From Oopsacas minuta (Eukaryota > Animalia > Porifera): a DNA stretch of 10,612 bases. This document shows, in pieces, positions 7,465-10,612 of this stretch. The DNA is taken from NCBI GenBank assembly GCA_024704765.1, contig JAKMXF010000131.1:1-10612 (forward strand), read 5' to 3'. Numbering within the stretch: the first letter of the stretch is position 1; each line of letters begins with the position of its first letter. Both the position numbers and the translations under genes were made by a program. The notes beneath the pieces are model-generated. The model saw only the letters and a list, made by a program, of their open reading frames with translations, searched no databases and was not told where the DNA came from.

Positions 7465-8115
7465 ACTACTACTCCTGTCTCATTGACATACTTTAAACAG
7501 TCTGTATTCGTGTGCTATACAAGTTTATTAGCACAATTCAGCTCAACATGGGAAAATGGTGTGGAGATATCTAGCATGAAAAATGAGCACAACACCTCAA
7601 TACCACAGGCTTGTTGTACCTCCTTTAACAGTAGCATTTGTATGTGGGACTCTTAAGCCCAGTCTCATCCTTATGCAGGTAGATCCTCTAACAAGAATAC
7701 CCACTCAATCCTATCCCGCATACCAAGATACCCAACAGGTATCCATGGCTACAGGACATGAAGGCTGTTGAAAATAGTGTTATATGTCTCTTCACAGGAT
7801 CTCCCTATCCTCTACAAGTGTTCACTCCACAAGGAGAACTCATGGGGTCAATACTCACAGAGGATCAGATAGTAAGAGCATACTACTTCAACCTGTTCTA
7901 TAATCCTATCACAGATAAATTGAGAATATACATATGCGATTTCTGGGATAATTCCATCAAAATGCTTGACCGGTTTGGTAAATTCATAGAAACAGTTTGT
8001 GAGACAGGACATGAACTGTGTCAAATATTCCGTCCCCTCTCGCATATTTATAGAATATTCTGGCTATGTTACAGTTGGTGACATGAAGGAGGACAACTGT
8101 CTACAGAAGCTCTGA
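7465..8115 (+). pseudogene. Divergent NHL/beta-propeller gene, 5'-truncated at the N, with about three +1 frameshifts
   Basis: Consecutive frames: TTTPVSLTYFKQSVFVCY... / AFVCGTLKPSLILMQVDPLTRIPTQS / IPHTKIPNRYPWLQDMKAVENSVICLFTGSPYPLQVFTPQGELMGSIL...IYICDFWDNSIKML...IFRP / SRIFIEYSGYVTVGDMKEDNCLQKL*. Shifts near 7635, 7712 and 8037 (first two approximate). Confidence 0.7.
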
Positions 8116-8421
8116 TCTCCTGTTCCATTGTTTATCATTATTATTATTATTTGATGTTGATTTCCCAATTATAGTGATTAGTGTGTTTATACATTTTCTG
8201 AGTTATTCAGTGTATTTACTAGGCAAAACTAGAAAATGTCATTAAATTTGTAGAAAGAAACTTGATTCAGTTCCACACTTGATTTCATATCTCACCATTT
8301 TATGACGTCATCATAATACAAAAGGTCCAATTCATGAAAATATTTCATATACTTGTAAATATGTCAATTAACCGAATACGTTTGGGAAAATGTGTCATTT
8401 CATGACGCCACAAGGTGCTAA

Positions 8422-8553
8422 AATCTCGATTTGAGTGCGGGAATTGGCTAAATAGAATTCCTTTTCGCTAGGATCGTAAGACTTCGGACATAATCGGTTA
8501 AAGGAGGTCTGTGAAGATAAAATCACTTCTATTCTAGCACTCAAATCGAGATT
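8422..8553. repeat. 17-bp perfect inverted repeat with 98-bp spacer
   Basis: aatctcgatttgagtgc (8422-8438) / gcactcaaatcgagatt (8537-8553). Confidence 0.8.
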
Positions 8554-8885
8554 ATAAAATATATCCATGACTAAAGTCACTGATGAATCGAGTCATCTGC
8601 GTGGCTTGTGAAATATCCTGGGTGAATTCGAGTGCTAGCCTAACCATAAAGGCAAATGTGTGGTGTCCTGTAACGTATACTATCGTCCTGGATGGAACAA
8701 TCATGGCCGACATCAATTAAAAGCAATAGCCTAATTCTATAATATTAAATCTCAACGATTGTTTGTCCGTTGTCAAGGAAAGGATTTACGGTATGCAACT
8801 TTGAAATTATAGCATAACTATGTATTTATCTTATTTATTAAGGAAGCAAATAGAATTCAATAGAATTCACTAAATATACCAAACT

Positions 8886-8951
8886 TGCTGAATCCGATTT
8901 TCACACTTTTGGATTTAATCATGTGTAAATTTATTGTTATTTTTATGAATA
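8886..8951 (+). repeat. Dispersed repeat, copy 2 (copy 1 at 1131-1194)
   Basis: tgctgaatccgattttcacacttttggatttaatcatgtgtaaatttattgttatttttatgaata, same orientation as copy 1. Confidence 0.85.
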
Positions 8952-9233
8952 TAAAGTAAACAAATAAGCAAAATCTCAAAATAAATGTACTGGCTTGCTC
9001 TATACACATAACAATCAAATATCATTAACTGATTAGATAGAAGATTAGACATCGCTACAAGATACAGCCAGGAGATATGAACACACAGACACTGGATATA
9101 ATCCGCCATGACTTGTTTAAGTTATCGTCTCCGGAACACATACAATGCTGTTCAGGATGAATAATGTAATTATTGAGTCGTTGAATAAGAAAATACTTTA
9201 AATCAAATAGAATATTATTTATAACAAACAAAC

Positions 9234-9488
9234 CTGATTGAAGCCTATAGTGAGAAGTAATTGTTCATCACAATCAGTCTCTGTATAAGAGTCAGACATG
9301 GTGAGGAGATTAGAGAAGGGATGGTCTGTAGAGTCATTTAGACATTCACAAGTTTTCTTGTCTAAGAAACCAGACAGGAGAGACTGTCCGGGAACTGAAG
9401 GACCCATTACCATTTGTCCGCTAGCCAGTAACTCTCCTGATCTCCTCTCGATAGCTTGAGCTACTGAGTCACCAGTTGAAGCCTCAAC
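9234..9488 (-). CDS. TXNL1: TXNL1 internal exon (85 codons): end of thioredoxin domain, linker and start of PITH domain
   Basis: tttacag| acceptor, then VEASTGDSVAQAIERR...FLDKKTCECLNDSTDHPFSNLLTMSDSYTETDCDEQLLLTIGFNQ, then |GTTTGT donor; phase 0 at both ends. CECLN...DCDEQLL...FNQ is the TXNL1 PITH signature. Confidence 0.9.
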
Positions 9489-9603
9489 CTGTAAATTCAA
9501 TCATCGCTTAATGATTAATTCAAATTATTATAGAATTGTACAAATTAAGGAAACATATCATTACATGTAACTTCAAATAATGTTTCAATATCATCACTTC
9601 ACA

Positions 9604-9978
9604 TACAATCAAATTCGCTTAATCGGTACACACTGGTTCCATCTCTTTTGTCCCGATTAAGCGGAGATTTTTGAATAATGATACGTAATAGCACCATTTT
9701 CCATTATTCACGCAGATTCCCCTAAAGCTTAACCACCTATTGTGGAGCGATAACCATACAAAGTACAAAACTCCAAACGTTTAGTGTTTTCCGTGAATCA
9801 ATATTGAGAACAATCACTTGTAAATAGAATTTGAATTAGTCAGATTAATCCCAAATTCAGTCTATATTTATACAAAATTGTACACAAGTATCAGGCTTAT
9901 TAGAATTCAGCTTTGATTGAGTTACTAATTGTCACTCGATTATCAGAGTTTGTCCCGATTAACTGAAAATATTCAGTA
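9604..9978. mobile_element. pogo/Tigger-like MITE relic
   Basis: TA|CAATCAAATTCGCTTAATCGGTACA start; inverted copy tgtcccgattaagcg at 9649-9663 (14/15 to 9616-9630); tgtcccgattaa again at 9951-9962 near a degenerate right end. Confidence 0.6.
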
Positions 9979-10612
9979 TTAACTTGAATGAAGATGATAT
10001 ATACATACATTGAGTGTATATACATAGTGTGTTCACTCTCTTGTTCACACCTTTAGAGACTAATACACCAAATTTAGCTTGTACACTCAGTGACGTGTAT
10101 TTATGCACCTGACATTCGAAATGAAATTGTCTTGTAAATGAATTCTACCGCTGACAACACGTAACATATTTGTCCTCAAATTGCAACAACACATATTATT
10201 AAAGACACTTCCATGGTTATTTCAATATACACGATGTAGCAACTCCCATTATGAATACAAATTTTGAAGTCATGTAGGCCCCTGCTGTCGTCTGTGAGCG
10301 ACCAAGAGTCGATGTACACAAGGATAAAACAGCTGTTCAAATGCAATCCACTTTCTTAACTAATTAACGAATATTCAACTTATAGGTAATGCCCTCTGAA
10401 TACACAGATGTTTGTAAGGATTAATTTCTTACAAGTAAAGTTTAAAGATTTGAATTATCTCTCTGAACGAATAAACTATTACAAATAGAAGTAAGAACTT
10501 TCATAAATCTGCTTACAGACACGAATACAATTAATCTGTATTCTATTACACACAAGACTAACCAGCTATTCCATCTCCTATCTCTTCTATAAGTAATGCA
10601 ATTTATCTACTC

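Noticed and set aside
7848-8045. 65-aa minus-strand ORF
   Set aside because: Antisense shadow of the NHL-like frame.
2852-8115. Programmed ribosomal frameshifting in the NHL genes
   Set aside because: Multiple shifts per gene, no slippery heptamer plus structure seen, and both genes abut N joins.
8303-8310. CRE site TGACGTCA as a regulatory element
   Set aside because: Lies 3' of a gene within probable repeat DNA; another copy falls in coding sequence (3988-3995); no support for function.
8395-9109. ORFs 8395-8580 and 8915-9109 as missing TXNL1 or BUD23 exons
   Set aside because: No PITH or methyltransferase motifs; they overlap repeat-derived sequence.
3877-9488. Trans-splicing or gene scrambling as the default explanation for TXNL1
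   Set aside because: An N join separates the exons and the split transposon independently points to segment mis-ordering; retained only as a testable alternative.
1-10612. Prokaryotic operon, CRISPR array, defence island, rRNA or tRNA
   Set aside because: Spliceosomal introns, eukaryotic genes and eukaryotic transposons; no regularly spaced repeats or structural RNA recognised.

Overview
AT-rich eukaryotic (animal-like) genomic DNA with GT-AG introns; it is not a prokaryotic locus. It resembles my recollection of the glass sponge Oopsacas minuta (intronless coiled-coil+NHL gene expansion), but that is unverified. Single N bases at 3289 and 7464 split it into segments A (1-3288), B (3290-7463) and C (7465-10612). 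The + strand carries one intact 409-aa coiled-coil+NHL beta-propeller gene and two frameshifted, N-truncated NHL-type genes. The - strand carries the 5' part of BUD23, cut off by a hAT transposon end, and two exons of TXNL1 (thioredoxin exon, PITH exon). Much of the rest is DNA-transposon debris (Tc1/mariner maT-like, hAT, pogo-like MITEs, a Helitron-like end). Main oddity: the TXNL1 exons are in the wrong order, and a mariner element seems split with its left end at the end of B and its right end at the start of A. Both are resolved by segment order C-B-A, so a scaffolding error is the most likely cause; a real rearrangement or duplication is not excluded.
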